Under the pieces are notes generated by a model. It was not told the DNA's origin. It ran no database searches and saw nothing but the letters and a program-made list of their open reading frames with translations. Position numbers and translations under genes: made by a program. Shown here piece after piece: positions 1 to 12,893 of a DNA stretch of 64,000 nucleotides. Each line of letters begins with the position of its first letter. Position 1 is the first letter of the stretch. The stretch comes from Ylistrum balloti (lineage: Eukaryota): NCBI RefSeq assembly GCF_031769215.1, contig NW_026782032.1, positions 620,001 through 684,000 of the forward strand, written 5' to 3'.

Positions 1-3000
1 TGGAAATTGGCTTAATTTGGTTGTCGTTTGAGTGGCTTGTTTATTAGGCAGCGCCCAGGTGTATATGTAAATGAGTTTGGTTAATGTGAATCATGATCGG
101 CAGTGAATTGTGACAGAACACCCGAGTCAAAACAAGGATGGAAATGTGGGAATTCATATAGAGCTGACTGAAATTAACAGTATAATAAAATCTGACAAAC
201 CTTCACTCTCAGGTAGGTCCATTTAGGGACAAATTAGACTGTCTTTGTTATAAATCAAAGTACAGGCAGATTTCAATCAGATGTAAGTGAGAAATTTTAA
301 GAGATAAACCTCAAGAATTTACAATCTATGAAAAAACCATATTTCATAAAATGACTCAGAAAATGTTTTATAGATGTAGATATTAAAGGTGATATATAAT
401 TAAGATTTGAAAAAAAGAATTCAAAAGCTAATGATTTTAATAAAAACACTTAAAAAGCTGCTTTGATGAAAAAAATTTATTGATGCCCCTTGTTGAAACA
501 TGTTTTGTCTGAAAGAGGCCAGTAATGATAGGATAACCTGATGTTTATAAACGATGTCAGGTCCTTATTAAGGTAGTGTCCAGTATCTGCGTCACCTGTG
601 TGTATGTACAGGTGAACATTACCTGTGCACAGGTAACATAGACAGAATTCTCTCATTACCTCCCCTACACTGTAGCCCAAGATTCTAGATCAATTCTCTC
701 CACAGGTGTGAGAAATCTAGCGTCCATCTACTAAATCCACTAGCAAATTTTCACAGGTGAAATAGCTATCCATATCTCAACACTTCATCATGTACATCAA
801 ATACGATCAAAGTCCCGCCAGGTAATAAATGCAAAACATAAGCAGGTAGATGACTAATGTTTTATGCTAATTACTAATTACCTGTACAAAACCTATTTCC
901 ATATATTTATCTATAGTAAATTATTCATGCAAAAAACAGGATTTAATAGGACTGAAAAATATTTCCCTCTAATAAACAATTCTACACGACGTATTAAGCG
1001 TGTTATTGACGGCTCCAGAAATATACAATTTTCCCATAAATATGAAAAATTGTGCCAAAATATTAAGAATTACTAATAAAGAACATGTTTTAGATGAACC
1101 AAACATTGTGCTTTTAATTATATACTGTACAGACTGTATACAAAATTGTGTTGCTTCTGAATGGCATAAAATAAGATATTTTAAAAACAGAAAATGAAAT
1201 TTTTCCTGTAGAAGATTTATCAATAAGATGGAAAACAACCGAGATCATTTCGGGCGTGCTTCACAAACATTTATAAAAATATAGTGTTTATCAAACTCAA
1301 GACCTATTCCAGAAATATAATTGATGTCTGCAGTTCTAATTTCAAGTTTAAAAATCTTATTGATAAAAGAACTAAAACGACAGAATCATTAGAGCAGGAT
1401 TGATAGAGCAATAATCAGCGACTGTATTATGTGTATGTAATGTACATTATTGACGAGAGATAAGTTATATTGTCTGTCAGACATCATACTTAAGGGTCCA
1501 GTCTCCTCATACAAGTACACACAACAATACAAGGGGCTCTCTTGTGTCGACACACAAGGCCAGCTCAGTCAAGGCTATACATATAGGTATTTATAGGGAC
1601 TCAGACATACCAGGTGTGACAGAAATCTTATCGTCATACTACCAATATATATATATATGTTTACCTGTGAAGCTTAAAGCATTCTCCAGAAATCGTTAAA
1701 TCCAAAACTTGACCACTAGTGACCACAAGGTGTTCCTGCTACAGGTGTGACTGACTGTCACACATCCAATGAGGGTACATTCACACAGGTGAGACAGGTA
1801 CGCTGCCTTACCTGGCCAAAGCAATCAGCGATGTGTGTGAGGTAACAACATTATCAATCTAGCACTGATAAAACTTTTGGTACCTGCAATCTCGTTAGCT
1901 CTCAGCCAACAGGACGGATGTTTACAAAAAGTATAAGAGGTAAATCAATAGAGACAAGAGTGATTGAAATAGATTTTATTATCTCTGCCCAAAATACTAA
2001 TGAGGGTTAGGCTAACTGCCTTGTACCAAAATTCCACAGGCATTTAGCTGGCAGGTAAATAATATCAAGGACCTCTCCAAGTGAATTTTGAATTACAGAG
2101 TCTTCACATAAATCATTAGACAATAAAAGGTATTGGAACAAGATAAGAAAAAGCGGTATATTATCTACAGCCCTACCACACTTGTTAACAGAGGATCTTC
2201 CTTTTAAACATCAAATCAATCGTTTTATACTTTTTGGTAAGTTATATTGAGTTAATGCCCCTGATTTTTTGAAGGCAAAACATATCTCTCCATCTAGCCG
2301 AGTCAGTAAAACTGAACGTGACATAATAAAGATATCAACATTCTGATCAATGAACTTCAAGGATTGAAATTCTGGAAGTATTTCAAACAGGAATATCTTC
2401 ATTAATGAAGTGGATTTTAATTACATTGGATTGTAATTACAACTATAGAGGCCATCTTGATATCTTAATTTCAGTTTACAGTGAACTATAAATACACAGT
2501 AAGCAGTTCCTCACTGAATTTTATAGTGAACTGAAATTACGTGTATTTACATAGAGGATGTTTTTAGTAAAGTACATAGTGAACTTTAATCACACAAGAT
2601 AGATATCTTTATAAAATTTTTATAGTGAACTGAAATAATCTACACATAGGACTTTTTTAAAGTTAATTTCAGTGAACTGTAATTATACACAGGAGGGACA
2701 AAGAGCCAAACCTCATTGTGAGTTGTTGAGACTTAGTAAACAACACCGAAAAAACTTCTGAAATAAATGGATGATTTGATTTTTTTTGACCTGATCACAA
2801 TGAAGTTTGACATGCTCTTGAAACATTTGAGCTGAGTATAAAGGCCATAATGTACTTTTTTTTTCATGTAAAAACATTACCAAGTTAGGATACCACGAAA
2901 TTCACCACCTTTTAAAATCTGTTGTGAAATAGGTAGATTATCTTCTTAATCAGAGCTATAACGAGACTGTTGATGGAAACAAGAGGTGTAGGTACTGAAG

Positions 3001-4107
3001 ATAGAGACTAAAAGGGTATCTCTGGATCTGTATGCACTTTCCATGAGTGTGTACAGCGGATAACATCTACCTGTAGGATATATGGGTTTTGGCTAAACAG
3101 GGATCTAACTCACTAATTTGAAGCTGTGATAGATTACAACTGCCCAAGGGTGTGATTTCACCCAAAACTTTCACTTCCTTTCTCTGTCTCAAGCAAGTTA
3201 CATAACATTGATCATATAACGATGTAATACTTCACAGTCCATGAAAACATTTATCCAAACTTGTTAAAATTTAAATAAATTCTAAATGATTTCTTAAAAA
3301 TAAATATGATATTAACATCATTTAACGAGAAAAAAACTTGAATTTATAAAGATTTTGGACTTATCAATGCATATCAAAACTCAGGTAAAACACTTTATGT
3401 AGCTTATATTATATATATATATATTTATAAATACACATCTGTTGATTTCAAAATCTGTAAGCTGCTAAACATTTCTAATACCAAAGTGCTCTATCTACGT
3501 CAACATCACACTGTAGGTTTGTGTGAAAATCAGTTTAAAATGTGTCATCAAAAAAGTGATGTGCTCAGGTCAACTCAAAAGTCATTGACCCATGAGATAA
3601 AGATGTGCTAGAACTGTTTTCCTTATAAGGCCATTCTTGTTAAACTGACGGATATTCTGTTAACAAGTTTATCACAGGTTTTAAACAGTGATTTACAGAT
3701 TTCACAATTTGAATAAGTATTCACTCTGTGTCCAAAAGTACATTCTCTACTACTTCAATTCATGAATAAATTTTTTCTAAATTAATCTGTTGAAACCAAA
3801 AAAACAAGTCAAGCATTTTGTTTGAATATTGGTTATTGTTTCAAGACTGACATCTACAGAAAGAACTTTCATAACACCTAATATCAAGGAAGAAGTTTCT
3901 CACATTGGAAACCTAGAGAAAATTGCCTCAAGTTTGAAAACAAAAGAGAATCTGTCTGGAGTTTGACATCAGTAGAGAATTTGTCTATGTTTTATACTGG
4001 TAGAGAATTCATCTCAAATTAGACTCCACTATGACATGACAGTGACAGGCAGAGAAATGGTATGAAGTCTGCCTGTAATCAGTACTGGTTGGTGAAATAA
4101 CCAATTT

Positions 4108-4367
4108 TTTACAGGAGTTTACATATTAAGCTGTAACACAGTACTGGTGACATCATTTACAGGATTCTACATCTTGCTGTAACACAGTACTGGTGGCATT
4201 ATTTATAGGATTCTACATCTTGCTGTAACACAGTGCTGGTGACATAATTTACAGGATTCTACATGAGGCTGTAACACAGTACTGGTGGCATTATTTACAG
4301 GATTCTAGGTCAGGCTGTAACACAATGAATTATTTACAGGATTCTATATTTGGCTATAACACAGAAC
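4108..4367. repeat. Tandem array, 46-bp unit, about 5.5 copies
   Basis: Unit TTTACAGGATTCTACATCTTGCTGTAACACAGTACTGGTGACATCA repeated head-to-tail with point variants. Confidence 0.9.
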
Positions 4368-7300
4368 TTGTATGATCTATATATGGATACATCTGTGTTG
4401 TTGGGACTGTAACAGGTGTTTACTATCAGTAAAACAAGCACCTTTAAATTGACCGGTGTTGTAAGGTTATGTACAGGTAAGGAAATTAGCCGGGTATTTA
4501 CATCATATAGTTAAATACATAATACAATCTGTTCTCATGACATTTTGAAATCGTACGTATTCAAGCTGTTAGATTTCTAATTAAACATGAAAATCTAATT
4601 ACCATATACCATTACGATCAATCTGCTCCAACTTTTGATATATCTATGATCTATATCAGTACAAAAAAAATGCCTAGGTATATTAAGTTAAAGTAATTCC
4701 TTAAAATGCTTACCTGAAAAATACAAGGCCACCCATAAGTAGGGTATCGTGCGGCTGAGAGTTAGCACTCTCAGCATCAACTTCAGGTCTAATCAATGAT
4801 ACAATGGTACAACCACACATCACAGATAATTACAAAGTTGCATGTAGTTACAGGTACATGACACACAGAATGTCACTAACAGTTATAATGTCTATTTTCT
4901 TTCCTTATACCATACCTTTCTGATGTTTTTAGGTTAACGATAAAACCTACAGGTGTAATATAGTCTTATCTACCTGCTAGAACACAGCATATCCTTTCCT
5001 GGGAACTCCTACAAGTGGAGATTAGTTCATCTTGTGTATGCTCCTAATATTTAGGTCTTCTCTTATCAAGCGACTGTTTATCTCGCCTTTTTAATTACGG
5101 GGGTACAGTAAGGTGACTGTTTGCACAAATAATCAAAGTCTGAATTACTTGGATGAATGCTATAGCAACACGAGTAATTCACCTGTGTGCCCGCCATTTA
5201 GTTATAAACACCTACTAAAACTTTGTAGCAAACTTAAGAGCAATATCTTTATGGAGTATATCATTTTAATGTAAAAACTAAGTAGACAGGTTGTCAGTTC
5301 TTTATTTATCTATAAAACAATTGATACCGGCAAATCGAAAATACATATTTTTCTTAAAAACAGGGTAGATAATTAGACATTAAAAAATATGTGGTATTTC
5401 CATTTATCAAATTTCATTTTCATTTAGATAAACAAATTCAGTTTTATTTTCATAACAAAAGAAACTGAACGTACAGAACTTGTATTGTCATTACCTGTAG
5501 AAATACATCTGATAGTGTCGCGCCCCTTAATGAGCCCAGTTAGTATACATGCTACCCCTAATCAACTGTGCTGGGGTCACCTCTGGCTCCTGGAGACAAC
5601 TTGAGTCACATGACCACATAGCCCTTATCTTTGCTTAATGACGGTTACTGTTATAGATTTGAAATGGCTGTAAATTATATCAGTTAGAATGGGCTTACAT
5701 CACCTGGGCGGTAATGGGGCCGATAGTCTTACCTTTATCAATCTGTAGTCTAACACTCGTTAACAATTCACATTATATTTGTCAATTTCAAATAAACATA
5801 TGTTTAAAATGTTTTGAAATGTTAAGAAAGAAAAAGAAAAAAATTATTACATATATGTATCAGATAAATTGCTCTATCCAAGTTCTTTAAATCTACCGCT
5901 GCAAAATTGCATTTAAAGCTAAATTTTTACACGTATTCACATTTTGTGAAATTGGAAGGCCCCTTTTTTTTCGTAGTTGAGGAATTGACACATTTTCATT
6001 CCTTTACATTGATTGACATTTAAGGTAATTATCTTTCACACCACTGAATATCGCTTCTATTATGTCTAGAATTTTAATTGATAAAAAATTATACTTACAT
6101 TTCTAAATATCAAGCATGTCTATGGTTGCAAGTCACAAACCATCAATCTTGTTTGCCACTGTACCAAATTTTACTATGTAAACACTGTGGAGTTAAACAT
6201 TAACAGTCTAGGATCAAAGAACTAACACTACCCAGAGTAATTACCAAATTTTGAAGTCACCCTGACCTTAAATTAAAATCTACATCCTGTTGTGCTTTGA
6301 AGAGACAAACACCACATTATGAATTGCTAAGTTTTTTTGTGAAATGATGAAGCTTTCGTAAGAAGTGAATCTATAATTAAAAGATGAAAATAGAAAATAT
6401 TTTTTCTGAAATATCAACAGTCGGACACGAACAATTTATTCATTGGATGTATAACCTACTTCAATATCAATTCAAGATGGCTGACATGTAACAATCTACC
6501 TTAAGGCTAACGAGATTGTAAATAGTTTAGCCTGTCCGTGTCGTGTAGCACTCCATCCTCACGTTAAACTTTACACAATTTACCTGTGCCCGGGATGTCA
6601 ATAGTTACCTGTTGACACTAATTACCAGGTTTGGGGATAATTCGTCTGACCTTGACCTTCCAGGAACCAATCCTAAATAGTGTTACATCACCTCTTTGAG
6701 ACCAAACAAGAATTGTGTGAACAGCAGACATTGGATTGGGCACAATATAAAATTATCACATCATCCCCCAGGAGACCTGATCAGTTTTTGGTTTTTTCCT
6801 CATTAAATGACAAACCATGGAGTGTGTCTTTGTCCCATTTAAGATAGACTACCAATTCTCACCTACTGGGACTGCATGTACCTAAGGCCAGTTGTCTTGG
6901 AAACTGATCAATCATTGCCTTCTAAAAGGCCAAACTTCATGGTAATCATATTCATTTTTTCCACACTTATTTTTTTTACCTGGGAAACAGTTAATGGATT
7001 AATATGAGATGAAAGCATGAAATCCGTGTAAAAAAGTAAAGTAAAACATTAAAGTTATGAAAGAATAATAATAATGTATATGTACGTTATAAAATGATAT
7101 TTCCAGTACGATATAAAAGGTAGGCGTTAATGTATCTCGATTCAATCTGAAGCCACTAAACCATCAGGTACTCAGGTATACAAAAACCATTCTGAACAAC
7201 ATTTGACTGGGAATAAGAATTCACATGAACTTAAGTCACGATAATTAAAATGAAATCATTCTAAATTATTTATTTTTAGGATAATTGATGTACGAAATTT

Positions 7301-8276
7301 GATTGGATAAGAAACTTATCAACAATGATGTATGTAACATACTGATATACTCATGAATATTAAATTAAGCAGGAAATAATCTACCAAAAAACACAACACT
7401 TGAGAAATTTTCATATCCCAAAATCGTACATATTTTTTGTTCCTTTTTTAAAAAAATTTCAATATTTTGAGTTTGTCTATTTAATTAGCTTTCTGTTATA
7501 CAACAAACTAAGAGATCAGGCAATATTATGGAAAATTGATAAATAAATCAGAAATTATCTCAAGAAATCTGGAACAATTTCATCAGTGAATCTTTCAGCT
7601 AAAGGTATGTTGTCAAATTCAACAGAGGAAGCCCCCCGATTTTCACAACACCACCTGAATCACATAAAATCTAATTAAACATGTGCCAGGTGAAATCATA
7701 TTATTTCATTATTCATTATATAGTTCCAACACCTTAATTACAGATTTTATCAAAAGTTTAATCAAAAATGCCTTTTTAATCATTGACTGTGCGATGAATG
7801 AAAAGATCAGATTCTCAAATTAACTACAGTGAAAAATATTTGAAGGTAGCTATCTGTCTAATATAAGTGTGAATTATTATTTAATTCATAAGCTGGTGAA
7901 CACTCAATCAGTTTAACTTTAGTTCGAGAAAAATCTAATCGAGCTTTAATTGTAAAAACACATTTCAGTAACCAATAAACCAAAGGTTGATATTTCTTTT
8001 TTTTAAAAGGTTGAAATTGAATTGAATTACTGGTAATCATTTTTATTATACATACATATATATATATATATGACTTTAAAAATCAGGTCACTGATAGGTT
8101 TTCTTACTCATTATTTAGTTATTATAGAACTTGAGCAAGAAATGTTGAAATCTTGCACTTGAAGTTTATAATTAACATTCAAAACTAGTTGAATTCTATG
8201 GAGTGTTATGGAAATTCTCTTGTCACTTTTGGTGGTAGTTCTATGGAGTTTGATAGTCAACAGACCAGAGCATGCC

Positions 8277-8660
8277 GAGTCAATCGTACTTAAACAGAGC
8301 AAGTCACTAAGTCAAAAGTGAACAAAACAGAGGAGGTTACATTGAGTCAATAGTGAAGAAAACAGAGCAGGTCACACTGAGTCAATCGTACTTAAACAGA
8401 GCAGGTCACACTGAGTCAATCGTACTTAAACAGAGCAAGTCACATAGAATCATTAATACACAAACAGAGAGAACTAATAATATTGAGTCACTGGTTCACC
8501 ATAGATTTGACTGAGTCAGCAAGACAGAAAAGAAACATGAGTCAAATGAGAAAGAAGTACACAAGAGAACTGACCACTTTGAGTTACTGGTTCACAAGAG
8601 TGAATAGCTTTGAAACCATCATTTAATAAAGCCACATTCAGTCCCTTGGTTCTGAGTCAC
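8277..8660. repeat. Tandem array, 34-bp unit (about 5 clear copies to 8460), decaying into a degenerate tail; carries TGAGTCA motifs
   Basis: Unit GAGTCAATCGTACTTAAACAGAGCAGGTCACACT; downstream sequence retains GAGTCA and ACAGAG words at similar spacing. Confidence 0.75.
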
Positions 8661-10480
8661 ATCATAACCCAAAAAACATTTAGTGAGTCTGTGTGAGTCC
8701 ATAAATGGGAAGGCTCAAGAGTTACCAGAACACAACAGAATTTGTCACTTTGAGTTGTTGGCTCACAAGAGTTGGTCAGGCTTAAGTCAAAGGTTCACAA
8801 ATGAAACTTGGTCATTTGTTGGAATAATGAGAAAAAAAAACTTCTATTCAAGTTGCTATGGAAAACATATTGAATAGACAGAGGTAATTTGAACTATATC
8901 TAGTAATACAATATGTTCTGAACAATTGTTGCCTAGCAATAGATATTCTTTATTAATCACCAAGGTATACAAAGAAATGAGTCAAAATAGTGTTGCCACA
9001 CACTTAAGTGTTCCTGGTACTTAAACCAGACCTGACAGTCTCCAAAAACTCTTTTATATCCTTACTCATTCTAAATCTTTTATGTCCCTGTAAATAAATA
9101 CATTACAAATCTTTAGCACAATACAGAGACTAAGTTGTACACGGCTGCATTTATAACCCTAGATCAATACTCAGTGCAAGTGTTTGACCACAACAAGATA
9201 ACCTTTGGTCATTATCATTCTGTTTCTCACCACAATGGACAAAGAACCTCCAGAACGCTATTAGCATCTTAAACAAAGACGAACAGAATTATACTATGAA
9301 TGTTAATTACCACAAAAACCAAAATTTAATTACACGGGGACACCGCCTGACCTCTAAATTATAATTTTCTGTCATTTCTTTCAATGATTGACTATGCTTG
9401 CATGAACTGCAATAGACGTCCAACAAAGATTTTGACCACTTGGCCATAGAGGTCATTAGAGGACACTGACCATGAAGCTGAGACTGGAGAAGTGTAACAG
9501 GACTATAGTAGTAATTGGCGGGGCTGATTACTGGTCGATTCTCCACAGGAAAATGAGTCCTGTGTTTATTGATTTTGTATGAATGTATTAATAAGGAAAA
9601 TCTAGCCATCAAAACAAAGCAACATGGGAAATAATCATACACATTTTTATCCTATACATATTAATTAGGAAATTCACCAGAGTAAAAGGAAACCAGCTGC
9701 TGACAGTAATGGGGTGTGATCTAACCCGGTCTCGGGCCACGGAGATGTATGTACACCTTGCCGTCCCCCGGTGATGGCCAAATATTGTTTTTTAATTATA
9801 GTATACACTACTATATTGGATTTCATAACTAGAACGGAACAGTATGTCTTACTGTTCTGCAATAAACGGCTGATGTATCAGGCTACATACACATAGCTTT
9901 TCTCTCTTAGGTACTTTACGGTCATCGAATGTCATACGTAGTACCTCTCATACGCAAAGTCAATTGATTTTTGCATTTATATGGCCAGTGTCGTCTTCAA
10001 ATCTGGGCAAAAATTGGTTTTATCTTTGCACAGATTACATGTTGACTACACAATAAAGGCAAAAATATACGTATAATTTGATGGAAGTTGTACAAATGAT
10101 TCTTAAGATTTCAAGAATGTCGCCTTCAATCAATGACAAAGAAGAAGGAAGTTACAAAATATACAAATGTTCAATCATCACAATAAGTTTTTGTGGGAGT
10201 CTCAATACTCTTCATTATAAATAGTAAAACTCATATCAAAGATTCATAGTCATGAAACAAGGATACAATTTTAATTGGATTAGGATATTTGTATATAAAA
10301 AAAAACAACTGTAAGAAATCCATTACTGTATTTATCAAGATAACTGAGATATATACAATGTTCAAACCTTTCCCTTTCAGAAAATTCCACAAACATGTTT
10401 AAAAAAAATAAATATCAATATTCATAATCATTACAAGTTTTGTATCAAAAATTGCTTATAACTTTTAACAGACATGTTCT

Positions 10481-10862
10481 TTACTTTTCAGAAGTTCAAT
10501 ATAATTTTTTAGAAGTTTACTATCACTTTTCAGAAGCTCAGTCACTTTTCAGAAGTTTACTATCACTTTTCAGAAGTTCACTGTCACTTTTCAGAAGTTT
10601 ACTATCACTTTTCAGAAGTTCACTATCACTTTTCAGAAGTTTACTATCACTTTTCAGAAGTTCACTATCACTTTTCAGAAGTTTACAATAATTTTTCAGA
10701 AGTTAACTATCACTTTTCACAAGTTTACAATCATTTTTCAAAAGTTTACAATCACTTTTCAGAAGTTACCTATCACTTTTTAGAAGTTTACTATCACTTT
10801 TTAGAAGTTTACTATCACTTTTCACAAGTTTACAATCATTTTTCAGAAGTTCACTATCACTT
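10481..10862. repeat. Tandem array, 21-bp unit, about 18 copies
   Basis: Unit ACTATCACTTTTCAGAAGTTT; explains the RSLLSLF repeats of ORF 10440-10691. Confidence 0.95.
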
Positions 10863-11414
10863 TTTCCAATCCCTGATTGGTAAAAGACACCTGTCATTTT
10901 GATCGACCAACATCATAATATACAGTTTAATTGGTTTTCACACAACTTAAGCCTCCACTTTATAAAAGTACCCTTTTTTATAAAGCAAAATATACAATAT
11001 CTATTGATGTTTAGTATAGAAATAATGATTACTGTTTGTACTGTAAAGTACTGGTCCCTCTGTACATATAAAAAATATTCAGTAATTTGATTTGCCAATT
11101 TTTAAATAAATGAATAAATTAATAGATCAATTAAGATCAATTAATGAATCATTTCTAACTTTGATTCTTAGCAAAATTTTGAAATATAACAAAAATGTTT
11201 TTTTGGTATTACACTAATAGTAAATATGATGCATGTGTTGAGTTATAATTGTGTCTGTATCTAGCAGTATGTCTACTTCTATGCTATACGAGAACAATTA
11301 ACTACAGCTTGAGAATTTCTTTGTTTGATGAATTACAGGACAAACTTTTGTATTTCTCTTGATAAGATTATAAAGAGTTAGTTTGTAACAAATTGCTATC
11401 CATTATCTCTACAG

Positions 11415-11562
11415 GTGAGACATTCACCTGTACAGAACTCTCAGTTAGTATTCACCTGTGCGGACCTCCTCACGGTCAGTATCATTTAACTGTCCATGCT
11501 GGTTTTATTGACCAATGGACAACTATAAAATCTTCCACACCGTTTGAGCTTGACATTCACAG
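11415..11562 (+). CDS. Candidate 148-nt internal coding exon (phase 1 to phase 2), product unknown
   Basis: Acceptor ATTATCTCTACAG before 11415, donor CAG|GTATGT after 11562, open frame (G)ETFTCTELSVSIHLCGPPHGQYHLTVHAGFIDQWTTIKSSTPFELDIH(R). Weakened because ACAGGT is over-represented in the window and creates splice-like sites; no family recognised. Confidence 0.25.
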
Positions 11563-12150
11563 GTATGTGAAAGCAAGCTTGACCAGTGTCCAGCCCTATA
11601 GTGTCTGGAAGAGAACGGCTGATTCAAGCTGTGGATCTGATATAATCAGATAATAAGCCCACAAGCAAATCACCAATGTCCGGCGACAAAACAATAGTTT
11701 TAATGTACCCTTGTTTGTGGTTGTCCAGAAACTTGACATTAAAGCTCAGGCCAAAGACTGACCAATCCAGGTGAGACAATGACCACCATGAACAGACACA
11801 ATACTGCTCCCAGGTATAACCTTTTATCCCTTCACAAAACAAAACCTAATTAGAGCTCTAAACTAGGCCGAGGACAATGGTATGGTGACATGGGGACCCA
11901 GAAGGGGCCACTCATGGGATCAAACCAGAAGACATTGTGACCTCTATTTGCGAAGTTTAAAATGTTTAAGGGAGTGTATAGTAATTTTGCAGTATATCTA
12001 AATTAATTTGATGATGATAATAATTATTGGCTACAATTTCAAATTCTTGCTTGAACTTCTCTGTTGACAAGAATAACTTCGATGACAAATATGTTCTGAA
12101 CTTTTTGAAAAGAAATCTGAGAGTTTAATCATTCTAATTAAATGACTTAC

Positions 12151-12289
12151 CTGTATTTCTGCAGGTGTATACTGACACAGTTGACCAGATGTCCGTGTCC
12201 AGGGTCACCGTGCAAGAACTGTGTCCAGTCTTTGGCCACACCTCCAATGTAGATTGGGATTCCTGTGATGGCATCCACAGAATCCCGGT
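12151..12289 (-). CDS. Candidate coding exon, product unknown; strand ambiguous (plus-strand ORF 12165-12383 overlaps in the same register)
   Basis: GC-richer block; minus frame RDSVDAITGIPIYIGGVAKDWTQFLHGDPGHGHLVNCVSIHLQKY(R) ends at a perfect CAG|GTAAGT donor (12151/12150), but its acceptor (CAAAATAG, 12290) is weak. The plus strand has acceptor TGTATTTCTGCAG at 12164 and a 72-codon open frame. Confidence 0.2.
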
Positions 12290-12893
12290 CTATTTTGACA
12301 AGTTATGCTTTAGTCGTCAACAACTATGTCGTATTCTGGTCAGACAGATGATATGGCTGTGGTGGACAGTCCTCTTGACCTAATGAAACGATTAATTATA
12401 GGCTAGCAACCGTCCATGAAGTCACAAGATAAAGAACTATGTAACACCAAAAGCTAGATAAAGCTCTACCTTTCACATTACAAACAATACTGGATAATTA
12501 CTGGTCCACCACTGGGCTGACTGACCCTGATAATAAAATGACCAACACCTCTCTTTCACACTGACCAAACAATGTGACTGGTCACTCTCGCAATTACTTT
12601 ACAGAGGTATACATTTTCGTGTCAATTGTGGTTCATAAAAATTAGCATAGAGTAAACTAGAGCCAGCATGCACCTACAGACAATGGACAACGGCTATCAC
12701 ATATTTACAGTCATTACAACTACGGACATTATACAGCAATCATGTGACAGATTTCTATTTCATTCATTTATCAAACAGTTTCATTGGCTATAGAATCACT
12801 GTATCGCACTTAAAAACACGAGAATCCAACTGGCCTTAATTTTGTTGGCATGGTAACCAATGGCTTCTGACGAAAAATTTGCATAACGTCTGA

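Noticed and set aside
4754-4775. Perfect 9-bp hairpin GCTGAGAGT-TAGC-ACTCTCAGC
   Set aside because: A few stems of this length are expected by chance in 64 kb; no U-tract or other context.
9307-9642. 111-aa minus-strand ORF
   Set aside because: Non-ATG start, no clear splice signals or motifs; length only modestly above background.
12290-12379. Apparent selenocysteine motif (HSC-TGA-RLKHN) after acceptor TTTCATTAG on the minus strand
   Set aside because: Careful translation shows a TAG at 12292-12290 nine codons later, and the protein-like downstream peptide is in a different frame.
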